DNA from: Octopus bimaculoides
Lineage: Eukaryota
Assembly (NCBI RefSeq): GCF_001194135.2
Contig: NC_068981.1
Span: 136,317,339-136,381,338 of the forward strand
Length of the DNA: 64,000 nucleotides
Direction: 5' to 3'
A model generated the notes under the pieces. It did not search any database. It saw only the letters and a list, made by a program, of their open reading frames with translations, and was not told the origin of the DNA. Both the position numbers and the translations under genes were made by a program. Position 1 is the stretch's first letter. Each line of letters starts with the position of its first letter. Below, in pieces: positions 1 through 13,456 of this stretch.

Positions 1-507
1 TAAAGAGATGGCATTTTTCTGGCACTCTGATTTTTCCAGCTCAATGCCTTAATAAAATATAAACTGTGATATTTGATCTTCAACTTGAAGTTAGGCATGT
101 ATTGAATCTGTGTTTATTTTCTTTGTGTCTTGACTTAAAATACACATTTTTCCCCCTTAACATTATTTCATATAAAATTAGTGACCTAATACAGAATAAT
201 TGAATAAATAATTGTTGTCTTTGACTCAATTTCTGATATAATCTAAGGAGTAACCCATTTCCTGTTATTACAAGTGGTGTTACTCTGAAGAATTGTCATT
301 TGGCTTATGAATTTTTTTTTATTTTTGATTAGTTGAAGAAATATGTAGATTAGAGATTAAGTAGAATTTTATGTGTGCATGCGTGTGTGTATGCGCGCGT
401 CTACTTCACGCATGTACACTCTCACACACTTCTAAATTTGAAGTTTTTACACATGAAATTAAACTTCATGTTATTTAAGTGTACTTTCATTGAAGTAGTA
501 CATGCAC

Positions 508-1038
508 ATCATCATGATCACTTAAGCATTTGCTTTCCTATGCTCGCATGGGTTAGATGAGGCAGATTTTCTCTGGTTGGATGCCCTTCCTGTTGCCACC
601 CCTTATTCTGCTTCCAAGCAAGGTAATATTTTCCCATGCCCAAACATGTTTTTGCAGAATATTGGAAATGAATGGCATTCATTTATTAATCATGTGATGT
701 CAGCATAAGGACGGTCACATGCACGCATGCACATGCACACACATTGACATGATCATTGTAAATGTCATGCATTTCCCTTATCCTGTGAAAGCTGATCTGA
801 CCATGAGAAAATATTAGTTAGCTTGGAAACCGGTACTGAGTTCTTCAGTTCAATATTAAACTATATATAAACTTGGTGCATGCATGCATGCAAATGGGTT
901 TCTTCTGATTTGTCTACCCAATCCACTCATAATGCTTTGGTTGGCCTGTAGCTATAGAAGACACTTGTCCAAGGTAATTTGCAGTGTAACTGAACTGGAG
1001 TCCATGTAGTTGTGGAAGTGAACTTCTTAGCCATGCCT
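508..1038 (-). mobile_element. Degenerate SINE: family-A tRNA-like head (893-1038) with an RTE-like tail (508-720)
   Basis: Matches other copies in the window (GGATGCCCTTCC, ATCCACTCA, AGACACTTGTCCAAGG). Boundaries approximate. Confidence 0.65.
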
Positions 1039-1496
1039 GTGTCTATATAGCTATGTGTTTTTATTATAGTATTGAAATATATTAGTCATGTGAGTGATAG
1101 CTAGACATGTTGGCAAGAAACGCATGAAAATATGTTTATTTTTAGTTGTTTTTGATAGATGTAAATTCTTAAGCTTTTTTTTTTTGATTGTGGGGTGAGG
1201 TTGGTTCTTGCCAGAATTTTTAAAGTGTTGCTTAGTTTATTTCATTTTTTTCAAAAAATTCTTTTGCTTACAACTTGATCAGAAACTTAACACAGCTCCT
1301 TGAAATATTGGTATTTCTAGTTCATGCATTTTTCTTTCTGTTTTGCTTCAAAAAGAATAACTCTTTGAACTTCTGTCATGCATCAAGCAACTGTAAATTT
1401 ACTTGATTTTTCTCAAGCATTCTATTAAGTTCAGTTATACTAGTTATTGATTTCATTGACATGGTAGTTTTTTTTCTTTTTCAACCTTCATTTTAG

Positions 1497-1529
1497 GACA
1501 TGTAGTTCATTACCTGTCATCAATATTAG
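1497..1529 (+). CDS. Candidate 33-nt upstream exon (TCSSLPVINI-R), in frame with exon A
   Basis: Strong pyrimidine tract (tttttttctttttcaaccttcattttAG) and donor AG|GTAATC. Phase-2 end gives AG|A = Arg before KLWST. Short, so it could be chance. Confidence 0.35.
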
Positions 1530-2928
1530 GTAATCAATATAGTTTATGGAAGTAGATACCTGCCAATTTCCCATTTTTTTTTCTGTTTGCATTTGTTCTT
1601 CAGTAGCATTCATGAACCACGAACTGGTTTTTTTTACTTGTCTTGAATAAATTTAATATGGTTTTTAGCTCTTACAAATTACCACTATCTGATTCTCTTT
1701 CAAACATATACTCCTGGTTTCATTATAACCTATATTTACACTCCTCCATCACAGTTGTTTGGTATGAAACTTGAACTTCCGTGTATGAATTACTGTTTAT
1801 ATTTTCAGCTTTGACTTAATTATTAAGGATTTTAACAGGCTAAGGGTTAATCTTTGGTGGTAGACTTTATCTATTGCCCAGTTTAACACCACTTCCAAGA
1901 TGCTTTTGTCTCTTCTATTGCAAGTATTTGGTTCAGAGGTTAGGTTTGAGGTCATGGCCTTCCCACTAATCTTTGGAGGCTCTGTTTTCCCTCCTTATGA
2001 AAATGACAAGAGAAAAAGAGGTATGCTTCTCTGGATCACTAAATATTTAGCAAATGTCATTATATTCAAGTTTAATTTTCATGTTTAATGTTTGGAACAG
2101 TTGGTGACAGCTAATCTCTAGTTTACATTTGACTATAAGATGGCAGTAGTTGTCATTTTACTATTGATTTTCTGTTTTCTTCTTGTGGTAAGGCATTGAA
2201 TGTATTCTTGTTTACAGCTGTTTCAAGCTAATTTGATTTGTTCATTTGATATTAATCTTGAGGCTTTGAAATTCTTCAGGCAATTGTTTTCCATTGCCTG
2301 AAACATTTAGCATCTCTATAGAATGTGAGAGGCCTTAATCCTTCTTAAATTGGTTAGAAGTTTCTCAATAGATCTAGACAAATTCTCTTGGAGTTTCCAT
2401 GATTTAAACTGTCATTAAAATTTCCAGACTTAGGATAAGCAGATGAAAACTAAACTGTTGGAAAGCCATTTATTATAGACTTTAATCCGAGGACAGCCTT
2501 CCTTTTCATGTTCATTTTTGATATTCTGCTGGTTTATTAGTATAAAACCATGATAGTATTTATCATTATTGCCTTTTTTGAAGTTAATAGGAATTGACAA
2601 GTTTTAATTTTTTTTTATGCCGAATCTTTGTTTTATTATGCAAATAAACAAGATTGTAACCATCAAGTGTTTTATTACTGTGTCACTGTGGAATTATTTA
2701 GTGCTTCTTTATTTCTATTTTATTTTTAAATTGATCATAATTTTTGTGTTGGAGTGTTGCAATCATTTAGACAAACTGCTGCATTTTATTTTTGATACAT
2801 AGATTTTACATCTTTCTGTGAAAATGGAAATTGGCTTACTGACATATATAGGCATATGTGTACATAAACAAGAATATGCATATATATATATATATATATA
2901 TTTATTTATATATGGGTGCACATACAAA

Positions 2929-3675
2929 ACATTTAATGTCTATCTTCCTGTGCATGCATGGATTAGATGGAACTTGTTGAGCCAGATTTTTCAAGTCTCC
3001 TTCCTTCCTTTCCTGTCTCCAACCCTCACCTGTTTTCAAGAAAGGTAATATTTTCCCATAGCTAAACATGCTTTTTGTGGAAGATTGAAAATGAACATCA
3101 TTCCCCTACAAGATGCACATGTATGTACATGAACATACACATGCATGCATGCACATACATGCACACAATGAGTTTTTCAGTTTTTGTCTATTAAATCCAC
3201 TCACAAGGCTTTGGACTTCATCATAATTTCCTTAGAACTGTTATACATGGTACTAAGGCATTGTCAAAAATGATTTCATAAATTGGACACTCTTAGTTAT
3301 AAGAGAAACTGGCTCTTGGATTCCATCTTTACATTGTAACATCCACTTTTCCATGCTTACATTGATTGAAAGGAATTCTGTTGAGATGAATTTTTTACAG
3401 CCAGATGCTCTTCTTGTTACCAACCCTTGCTTGTTTCCAAGTAATGTAATAGTTTCCCAATAACCAGACATCTTCATCAGAAGAATTGAAACACTGCTTG
3501 CATGACTGACATTCATTTGGACTTCTTTTCATGATGAACTTTGTTTCTAACTATCAAATCCATCAAAAAGCTCTTGTTGGCCCAAGGTTAAAGAAAACCC
3601 TTGCCAGAAGTGGCACATAGTGGGAATGTACCTGAAACCATGCGGTTGAGAAGCAAACTTTTTAACATACAGCTG
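2929..3675 (-). mobile_element. Two adjacent degenerate SINE copies (2929-3215, 3325-3675), family-A head with RTE-like tail
   Basis: Same motifs as 508-1038. Boundaries approximate. Confidence 0.6.
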
Positions 3676-5347
3676 TTGCATTGACAACTTCCTTGGTAGA
3701 AATTGAGCCCTAAAAGAAAATGTGTACACTGCTAATTAATCTCCCATAATGTCTGTAATTAGACTGTAGTCAGATACAATGTATCCTGTAGAAATCTCCT
3801 TTGGTTTTTTTTTTCTTTTTTTTTTTACCTTAAGCTGAAATTTTTACTATTTCATTTGACTTTCTTCTCTGGTGTATAGAAACCGTTCACAATTTTTACA
3901 CTTTTTATAAAAGAAATAAGTTCATCTTCTGGTTTTGTGGTAACAATGATGTTAATTTACTTCTACCATCAGACCACTTTCCTCTTAGCTATAACTTTGG
4001 CACAGTTCTGCTAACATGGGTGACATAACATTCTTTAAAAAAAATATTGTCTTACATAACAGTAACACAATAATAATGGAGTATATAATTGCATTGGTTA
4101 ACAAGTACTTCCAAGAAAGATTTCTGCCAGAAATCAATATAATCTATGATTCGCTCATATTTACTTATTATTTACAAGTATGCATGTTGTTGGATACTAT
4201 TTACTGTTCTTATTTTAGTTATTGACTTTTCTTTCTCTGGAATATGATTTCTATGTTGGATCTGACAACTCGCTCTAGCTATTTGAAAACTTCATTGATT
4301 TTAATCATCTTAGTTTTCCCACCTTCCCAATATAACCACTGAATAATTTTAAATCAGTGCATTCTTGTTGGCATTTACAAGGTGGTATTTTAGTAACAAG
4401 GAAGAATATTCCAACCCCTTACTTAACAGCACTTAACAACTAAGCTGGTCTAGGATAGTCTGTTTTTTTTTTTTTTGGTTTTTCTTTTCTTGAATATAGT
4501 TTTACAAAATGCTGGTAGTAAGACAGCTATTTCTCTATGCTTTACTAATTCTTCTCTTAAAATAAACATCAATCTTGTGAAAATAAATTTGATGCTCAGA
4601 AAGAGAAAATTACGTAAAGCTAAATATTTCAGAATTTCATACACTGTAGTTTTGAAATTCTAATTTTACTTCACTCAAATATACTTTATTTTATGTGTGT
4701 ATTCATTTGCTTATTTCATGCTCAATAAGTACTAGTGATACACAACTGATTACAGCACTTATCTCTTGCAGTTCTTAAGAGGGAATTCTTTTTTTTTTTT
4801 TTTGTTTCAATTGGCTTCATTTTTTTTCTCTTATCTAAATTCTAGAAATTCAAGGAAAATTAACAAAAAAGCAAAAGTATTTTGATATTGAATCTGGTTG
4901 GGTCATTAACTTGCATATCTATTGGCCAAAAGGTTGTTAGATCAGATCAGTTCATCAGCACCAGCTGTTTTCTTTGTAATGGTAGTTCTTAATTACTTTA
5001 AATCATTTGCCTATAAACAGGTTTTGTATGTTCATCTTGTAAGTACTGGTGTCTTCTTTATGACTAAGATTTAATTTAATATTGAACCATTTTATGATCT
5101 ACAGGAATGGAATGGTAACGCTTGATAGATTATCTGCAAAATATTAGAAACAGAACTTAGATAGCTTTCAAATTTATGACAGCAATAAATTTAAAATGTG
5201 GTATTTCATTTGTGTTTGAAAACTTTAGACTTTAGTATAAATCTCCTTTACCTGTCATTCAGTGCTTTTGAAGATTTCATGGGGTACATAGTCAATGCCA
5301 AAGTGATCCCCAGAAAAGTTGGTTTCTACAGTACTGTAACCCAAAGA

Positions 5348-5704
5348 GTGGAGGCGCAATGGCCCAGTTGTTAGGGCAGCGGACTCACGGTTTCGATTCC
5401 CAGACTGGGCGTTGTGAGTGTTTATTGAGCGAAAACACCTAAAGCTCCACGAGGCTCTGGCAGGGGATGGCGGCGAACCCTGCTGTACTCTTTCACCACA
5501 ACTTTCTCTCACTCTTTGTGCCTGTAATTCAAAGGATCAGCCTTGTCACACTGGGTCACGCTGAATATCCCCGAGAACTACGTTAAGGGTACAAGTGTCT
5601 GTGGAGTGCTCAGCCACTTGCATGTTAATTTCACGAGCAAGCTGTTCCGTTGATCAGATCAACTGGAAACCTCGACGTCGTAAGCGATGGAGTGCCAACA
5701 ACAA
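5348..5704 (+). mobile_element. Young full-length tRNA-derived SINE, CpG-rich, (ACA)n tail
   Basis: A box TGGCCCAGTTG, B box GTTTCGATTCC. 11-bp TSD TAACCCAAAGA at 5337-5347 and 5705-5715. Confidence 0.85.
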
Positions 5705-5733
5705 TAACCCAAAGAAACATTTCACAGTTATAC

Positions 5734-6087
5734 NNNNNNNNNNNNNNNNNNNNNNNNNNNNNNNNNNNNNNNNNNNNNNNNNNNNNNNNNNNNNNNNNNN
5801 NNNNNNNNNNNNNNNNNNNNNNNNNNNNNNNNNNNNNNNNNNNNNNNNNNNNNNNNNNNNNNNNNNNNNNNNNNNNNNNNNNNNNNNNNNNNNNNNNNNN
5901 NNNNNNNNNNNNNNNNNNNNNNNNNNNNNNNNNNNNNNNNNNNNNNNNNNNNNNNNNNNNNNNNNNNNNNNNNNNNNNNNNNNNNNNNNNNNNNNNNNNN
6001 NNNNNNNNNNNNNNNNNNNNNNNNNNNNNNNNNNNNNNNNNNNNNNNNNNNNNNNNNNNNNNNNNNNNNNNNNNNNNNNNNNNNNNN
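5734..6087. other. Assembly gap. Others: 6882-7493, 13475-13830, 27739-27838, 32087-32694, 47045-47224, 48764-49532, 62711-63330
   Basis: N runs, most adjoining simple repeats. Confidence 0.99.
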
Positions 6088-6568
6088 AGACCACTTTAAA
6101 GTCGTGCTTTGGTTATGCACAAATCGGTTTTTTGTTTTTTTTCCATAAAGGCAGGAATGTTTATTTTAGCTTGTATTTATTGAAAATCAAATTTGATTTT
6201 TGTAAAATATGAAATACTCAAATCTAATGTTTTTAAGTTTGTAGTTGTGATTCAGCAAACTTATGATCAAAGGAACCCCAGCTTTGAGCATCCTTCCTCA
6301 CACCTAGAATTTTTAGGCAATTTTTTTTTTTTTTTGGTAACTACAATATCTAATGTATTAAGGTAAAAGCAGCAGTCAAGACTTCCTGTCCTAAGTACAG
6401 CATTTAGCTTAAAAAAAAAAAAAAGGTAGGACACATATATTGTAGTTTGTGCGTACCTCTTAAAAACTAACGATTGCTCTTCCTTTTATCAGAACAGCTT
6501 CCTGAGGCTGAACATCGTTTCAATTGATAAGCCATTGATTTATTTCTCTCTTTTCCTTTTATTGACAG

Positions 6569-6675
6569 AAAGTTGTGGTCAACATACCAGAAATACATGA
6601 AGGGAGATTGTATTCCCTTCAATAGTATCCGCGATGCATTCAATGAACTCAACATTTATCCATCACTTACTCAGG
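6569..6675 (+). CDS. Coding exon A of a multi-exon gene for a degenerate EF-hand protein (possibly Raw/OLRN-1-like); KLWSTYQKYMKGDCIPFNSIRDAFNELNIYPSLTQ
   Basis: Polypyrimidine tract plus acceptor (tatttctctcttttccttttattgacAG) and consensus donor G|GTAAGT. 107 nt = 1+35 codons+1, open. The phase-1 end joins exon B as G|TA = Val. Not in the ORF track (no ATG, short). Confidence 0.85.
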
Positions 6676-6804
6676 GTAAGTACTAAAGCCATTACATCAT
6701 TTCAATCCTTTCTCATTCCCTAATGTTGTCTCTCCCATTCATATTTAACTAGCTTCATATATCTACTCACACTTTAACTTTCTATTTTGCCATTGCTCTC
6801 GCTC

Positions 6805-6881
6805 TCCACCCCGTCTCTCTCTCTCTCTCTCCACCCCGTCTCTCTCTCTCTCTACCCCGTCTCTCTCTCTCTACCCCGTCT
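6805..6881. repeat. (CT)-based minisatellite, unit ~C(C/T)ACCCCGTCTCTCTCTCT, running into the gap at 6882-7493
   Basis: Direct reading. Confidence 0.85.
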
Positions 6882-8992
6882 NNNNNNNNNNNNNNNNNNN
6901 NNNNNNNNNNNNNNNNNNNNNNNNNNNNNNNNNNNNNNNNNNNNNNNNNNNNNNNNNNNNNNNNNNNNNNNNNNNNNNNNNNNNNNNNNNNNNNNNNNNN
7001 NNNNNNNNNNNNNNNNNNNNNNNNNNNNNNNNNNNNNNNNNNNNNNNNNNNNNNNNNNNNNNNNNNNNNNNNNNNNNNNNNNNNNNNNNNNNNNNNNNNN
7101 NNNNNNNNNNNNNNNNNNNNNNNNNNNNNNNNNNNNNNNNNNNNNNNNNNNNNNNNNNNNNNNNNNNNNNNNNNNNNNNNNNNNNNNNNNNNNNNNNNNN
7201 NNNNNNNNNNNNNNNNNNNNNNNNNNNNNNNNNNNNNNNNNNNNNNNNNNNNNNNNNNNNNNNNNNNNNNNNNNNNNNNNNNNNNNNNNNNNNNNNNNNN
7301 NNNNNNNNNNNNNNNNNNNNNNNNNNNNNNNNNNNNNNNNNNNNNNNNNNNNNNNNNNNNNNNNNNNNNNNNNNNNNNNNNNNNNNNNNNNNNNNNNNNN
7401 NNNNNNNNNNNNNNNNNNNNNNNNNNNNNNNNNNNNNNNNNNNNNNNNNNNNNNNNNNNNNNNNNNNNNNNNNNNNNNNNNNNNNNNNNNNNNTCTCACC
7501 TTTTGTTCTTTTTCTGTTCCCACATGTTTGCTGCTGGAAATTTTAAAAATAAAATAAAATATTACAAACCCATGGACTTTATTTACCAACCTCAATTTAC
7601 ATTATGCCTTACAGTTTCTTTAATCATCTAACAGCGCCTTGTTTGAACAGTGACTAAACATATGTATGTGTGTGTGTGTGTACTTAGATTGTCAGTAATT
7701 TTGTCTTTTTGAAGGTACATTAAAGTTACTGTACTTAGAAATCTTGGCAATACATCATCTTGAAATAAAAGACTGTGTGCTATAATGTGCACTAGGAATA
7801 AATTACACATTGAAATTTTAGCTTTTGCTAAAATTTGTCTTTTTACATGATTTTCCAATAAGCAAACAAAATAAAATTTTAAAATTAAGTAAACACTGAA
7901 TAATACTTAATTAGATAGAAATCAATTAAAAAAGTATAGGAATTATATTAAAAGCAGATGATTATCAGATTGTTTTCAATCTCTTAAATCTTCTCTGATC
8001 ACAAAAGCGAGAATAATGAGAAGTTGTGATGATCATACTTTTACTAAGGCATTGTCAAAATATGCACCTGTTGTTGTGCATGTTAGAAAAGAGGTATTTT
8101 TGTCTTGTCATTTAAAAAAGATCTTTTCCAAATTTGTTGGTTTTTGTTAGGTTTTCAATGGATTAGTTTATATAAGACTTAGGCAATTTATAAAGGAGAG
8201 GAATACAGTACAGCAATAGTGATGCAAATATTAAATGCATATCTTAAGATGCAATGCCCATGAAAGGAAATATTAAAACCACAGGGAAACACAATGTCTT
8301 CAATGAAGCCAATCGAGAAGCTGTTAATCAATTGCTCAATTTGTTAGAAACAGCACTTACATCCTCTGTTACAATCTGTTTTGAAAAATTAAAGGGGTGA
8401 AAATGCATAGAATTTCATAGACACAGACATAATTTTGCACTTAAATTTCTTTAGCAAACGTGGTTTTTTGGCTTTGTATTCAGTCTCCCTGTGTGGCACC
8501 CTTGACAATTGTCTTCTACTATAGTTCCAGGATGACCAACGCTTTTTAAACCCTTGTGTGTCTCTTTGCATTTCACTCAATACTTAGGATGTAAACAAAC
8601 CAACATCCTATGTAAATTTGGTGGTTCAGCAAAAAAAAAAAAAAAAAAAAAAAAGAAAAGAAATGAATAGAATAAGCATGAAGCCTAAAATCACATTCTA
8701 GTGTTAATTTCATCATGATAACCTTTTGAGGTGATACTCCAACATGGTCACAGTCCAATGACAGAAATAAATAAGAGCGTATTAGAGAAGACAGAACTGG
8801 CCCCAACAGGAAACCTTTGATCATAGGTGTGTTCAATCATGGTTTATTTGGGTGGGGCTAAAGAGTAACTATCATCAGCATTTAATGTCAGTTTTTCATG
8901 CTGGCATGGTTTGGATGATTTGATAGCTGGCAAACCAGATGTCTGCACCAAGCTAAACAGTAACCATGTTCTTAAATATGAATGTATCAGCA

Positions 8993-9071
8993 CATTTAAT
9001 GCATGCTTCATTAAAAACGCTAAAGTAAAATGCATTTAATGCATGCTTCATTAAAAATACTAAAGTAAAAT
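8993..9071. repeat. 40-bp tandem duplication
   Basis: CATTTAATGCATGCTTCATTAAAAA(CG/TA)CTAAAGTAAAAT, two copies. Confidence 0.9.
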
Positions 9072-9960
9072 AAATTTAAATTTTATGACTAGTTTCCATT
9101 TTGGCACGAGTTGGGTAGGTTTTCATGATCTGAGCTCTTATTTGAAATTATTGCTCTCTGAAATAGGTTGAAGGACTCCATCGCTCATTTTTGGCTTGTT
9201 TTCTATAACTGGATATCTTTTATCATTACTGTCACTCTAGTTTTACGAGTACATTGTTGTTGTTGCAGAACTTAAGCTTGTGAGGTTGCTCTGTGGGTGG
9301 AAAAATTAGTTGCTAGCCATAACTCCTGTAGTTACAAAGTGTAAGAACAAGATATAACTGATGACAAGAAATAACTGATAAGAAAGAAAAACAGCTACAA
9401 AGTTGAATATAAACCCAAAACTTTTTTCTAAAGTGGTAACAAGCAAATAAAATACACATATTCAATAATTCTGAAATGCTGTCTACATAACAAACAATAC
9501 TTAAGTAGATATCATGCATATTTAATACATGGAACAAGAACATTTTGCAGTTAAATAAAACCTATAGTTAAGGGGTGGGTAGGAAATTAGATAATTCCTT
9601 CCTACACTATATAATTTTTCTGCAAATAAGGGAGACAACTAAAGACTTTTCTCTTTTGCTCTATATTTTCAATGTTTACTTTCACAGTTGAAATTTCTTC
9701 ATTGTACTTTTGACCTGTCTCTATCATTACCATTCTTTTATTTTTCAAGTATTTACTTTTTCCATAACTGTTTTCTATGAAAAGTCTAAATTTTACTTGT
9801 AGAATGGTTTCTTTATTTGGACTACAATCAATTTCCTACTGCAAATTGACATTTCTATTTGTTGCAGTACCTAAATTGATATAAATGAAAGAATTCTTTA
9901 AATAGTGTATAAATATTGTCTAAATAGATTCTCTTTAAAGCTGTGGGGGTGGGGGGTGGA

Positions 9961-10315
9961 ATATGGTTGTGCGGTTAAGAAGCTTGCTTCCCAACCATTG
10001 TATGGCACTTTGGATAAGTATCATCTACTAAAGCCCTAGGTTGACAAAAACATTGAGTAGATTTGGTTTATGGATACTGAAAGAAGCTTATTGTATGTCT
10101 ACTCTTGTCTTGGCATTGCATAATGGTTAACAAATAACACTATCATACAAGAAATGTTGTTTGACTCTGTTCTGTGAAAAATGTCTTAAGGGAAATATTA
10201 CTTTGCTTCGAAACAGGTGAGGGTTAGTGACTAGAAGATGCAATGCACCCGGCTGTAGATCTGCCTCAAATTTCATCTTCCCCATAAAAGCATAGAAAAA
10301 GTGAATGTTAAAACA
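9961..10315 (+). mobile_element. SINE, family-A head with RTE-like tail
   Basis: GGTTAAGAAGCTTGCTTCCCAACC head; AAACAGGTGAGGGTT...AAAAGTGAATGTTAAAAC tail. Confidence 0.65.
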
Positions 10316-10349
10316 ATATGTCCTCCTTCTCATCATCATTTTAATGCCT

Positions 10350-10498
10350 GCACATACAGGACAAGCTTATTTTGATTTCCATCTACCAAATCTTATTTTT
10401 GACCAGCCTGAGGTTTTAGACGCTTGTCTAAGGTGCCATGTAATGGGAGTGAACCTGAAACCAGATAGGTGGGAAGCAAACTTGACACAGCCATGTCT
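10350..10498 (-). mobile_element. SINE family-A 5' half
   Basis: CAAGGTGCCATG-like, GAACCTGAAACC and GGGAAGCAAACTT..ACACAGCCATG motifs in reverse. Confidence 0.6.
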
Positions 10499-11506
10499 TC
10501 CTGTAGTCATACAATGGGAGTGAATAATTACATATTTTTTCTGATTTTGTCATGAGATTTTTATGATAGATTTTTGATTTATTAATTTTATGATGCTTTT
10601 CTGAATTTATTATTACTCATTATTTCATTAATGATTTATTCTGCTCAGTATTAACTGAAATTTTAATTTCTCTTTTAAAATAAATTGCAATTATATAACT
10701 GAAAATATGGCAATATATTTGTACTTTATCTTACAAAATGTTTTCAGTTGGCTTTTGCTAGTCTGAATCGACTCAGTATATTTTTCACAATTCAACTAGA
10801 AGTTGCTGTAAATGTCAACATTTATTTGGCAAGGTAAATTAGTTAAATTAGTGATTTGGTGCAAAGCTTATTTAATAAAAAATGTTTTATAAAATTTGTT
10901 AATGGAGAAATCCTTTTGTGACTGTTATATAATTTTTCCCCAGTGCTGAAATATTTTGAATACAATTCATTTCATTTGCTGGTCTTGTCTTGTTAAGTAT
11001 CCAATTTAAGAGCCACAGATGGCAAAGTTGATAGGGTGCTAGCTTATCTAAAGGATTGGTGGTTAATTTCCTGTCACCAGCAGTGCACTTTGTTCATGGT
11101 AAAGATACTGAAGTAGACTGTAAAAATGGTACTTATCTTTATTAGCTGTGCAACAGTACTATAAAATCAGCTAATTTAGCTTGTAGAGCTATTTCACTCT
11201 GTCTTGGAGAGGGATGCAGTTCTCGTTAGGCTGGCTTGCTTCAGATACACATGCAGTGTATATGGGTCCTGGGACACATTGCAGCCGTGTAATCACTAGC
11301 TTTGCAGAATCTCCATATCGTTTAGGATACTTCATTTTTCAGTGAAAAGTGAAGTAGTTTATATAAAATTTTTAAAAATAAAAGTTAATTCACGTGAAAA
11401 GGTTAATATAAATAGGCTGATACTTTAATGACAATGTATACATTAACCAATTAAAAAAGATATCAAACACTGATAGCATTATCAACTGATTCTCCTCCAT
11501 AAAGAT

Positions 11507-11660
11507 ATGCACACACACACATACATGCACACACACACACACATAGGGACACGCTCACACACAAGGACACACACACACACACACACAAGGACTCATGCTC
11601 ACACACAGGGACACACGCTCATACACAGGGACACACACACAGGGGCACACACACATGCAC
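11507..11660. repeat. Interrupted (CA)n repeat with GGGACAC/GCTCAC subunits
   Basis: Direct reading. Confidence 0.85.
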
Positions 11661-12867
11661 AAGCAGGCAGATGGACGGGTGGAGGAAGGAAATGTATTTA
11701 TAAAATATTTGGTTTTTATTGATATTCATGAAAATAGGCATGATGGCTTTTCACAGAAAATATCAATCAGATGTAACTGAATTTAAAGGAAAAAAAAACT
11801 GAAAAGAATTTCCAGTTTATTAGCCATTAGACTGTTACCTCCTTTAATTTACCTCTGTACCTGGCCTGATATACCATATTTTAATGTGTATAAGGAACCC
11901 TTTTTGTCAAAAATTAGGTTTAAAAAATATGGGAGTTTCTTATACATGGATAGTATTATAATTCCTTACAAAACCTTTTTTCCAAATTTTAAGCCTCAAA
12001 AACCAGAGGGTTCCTATGCATGTTAAAATATGGTAATTATCTTGCAGGGAAAAAGGTATTCAATAACAGATATTACAATTATTTGTGAGTATTAGTCTGT
12101 TTTAACCCACAAACTTTCATATTCTGGCATTTTTGGGGTGTGAGGTTAAGATGCTTTGACTACAGACCATATAGTCATAAGTTCTAACATTACTGCTGAT
12201 GATCTTGAACATGACTTGTTCCATTTAGTGTTATAGCTGCAGAGTTAACAGAAAATTCATCCAGCTGTGCAAATAATTGCTTCAATAAAAACCATTCCAC
12301 CTGTGCAAATAAACCTATAAACAATTCCCTTGTAATCAATTACAGTATAAGCCTGGTGCCTGTTTTGTTGACCCTGGCTTGGAGAGATTAAAGGGAGAAA
12401 ATCAGCTCGAGACACGTTCCTTAAATGGCTTAGTAATAAGGCCAGTGACCTCCACCATCTGGAGTTTTGTGAAATTGATATTATTTATGTTTAGCTTAAT
12501 ACTGCTAGCCATTTAGTCTAATACTTTGCAGTGTTGTCTTTATGACTGCATATAAGGACAGCTATAATTAATATTAGTTATAGTATTACCTGTTTCAAGG
12601 GGAATAGTTTTTCTGGTAATTTATTCATGTAAATGTTTTTAGCTGTCTACTCAATGTCTTACTTTTATTCCAGTTGAAACAAGGTTGTAATGTACTCAAC
12701 CATAAATGGATTTTATGGCTCTAAACTCAGCCTAAAGCTGTGCAAATGTATTGATTTCATTTCTAGATCTCCTAATGATTCAATGAGAAATTAGTTATAG
12801 TAGGACACAGTTTAAAACAGCTGGTATTGACCCAATGTTCCCTGACCTACAAACACAGGGCCATTAA

Positions 12868-13081
12868 CCCATTAGCATTTAAACTGGCCACTTTGAGTCA
12901 AAATATTCTTGTTTAGTACATAAACTGGCCAGAACCTGACTTTCCCACTAATCCTACAATGTCATTCTAAAAGTAAACAATCACATTATTGAAATCCCAA
13001 AGCTATGAGATTATATATGATTAATTCAAAATGATATGAATAAATAAGTATTACATTTAACATAATCTGAATGCTAAAAGG
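12868..13081. mobile_element. piggyBac-like MITE
   Basis: TTAA|CCCATTAGCATT ... AATGCTAAAAGG|TTTA: TIR 10/12, TTAA-type target with one mismatch on the right. Confidence 0.6.
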
Positions 13082-13456
13082 TTTACACGGTTTTACATCT
13101 GATTTCTCTGCTGGAATGGGTTGTTAAGATTAATTTTATGGTTACTTCCCTCTTTGATGGGCTGGAAGACCACACATTGCCTCTATGCTTCATTTTTGGT
13201 TTGGTTTCTGTGGCTTGATCCCTCTCATCACCAATGCTTTAAAGTTTGTCCTGGGTGCATTTTGTTGTGACAGTAGTTGGGTTACCTTGTACCCTAGAAG
13301 ATTAATCTCCATTATCAAATTTTATGTCTTCTGATTAAATTCCTTTGGGTGTGTATATTGTTGCAGTTAAGTTTTTCACAAACTGCAGCATTGTTTAAGA
13401 ATTGATTTGGCATCCTAGTTTGACCAATGATTTGTGAGCAGGATTTGATATGTGGA

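Noticed and set aside
8254-8400. 48-codon ORF MPMKGNIK…EKLKG
   Set aside because: Short, with no recognisable motif or splice support; possibly an old transposon remnant.
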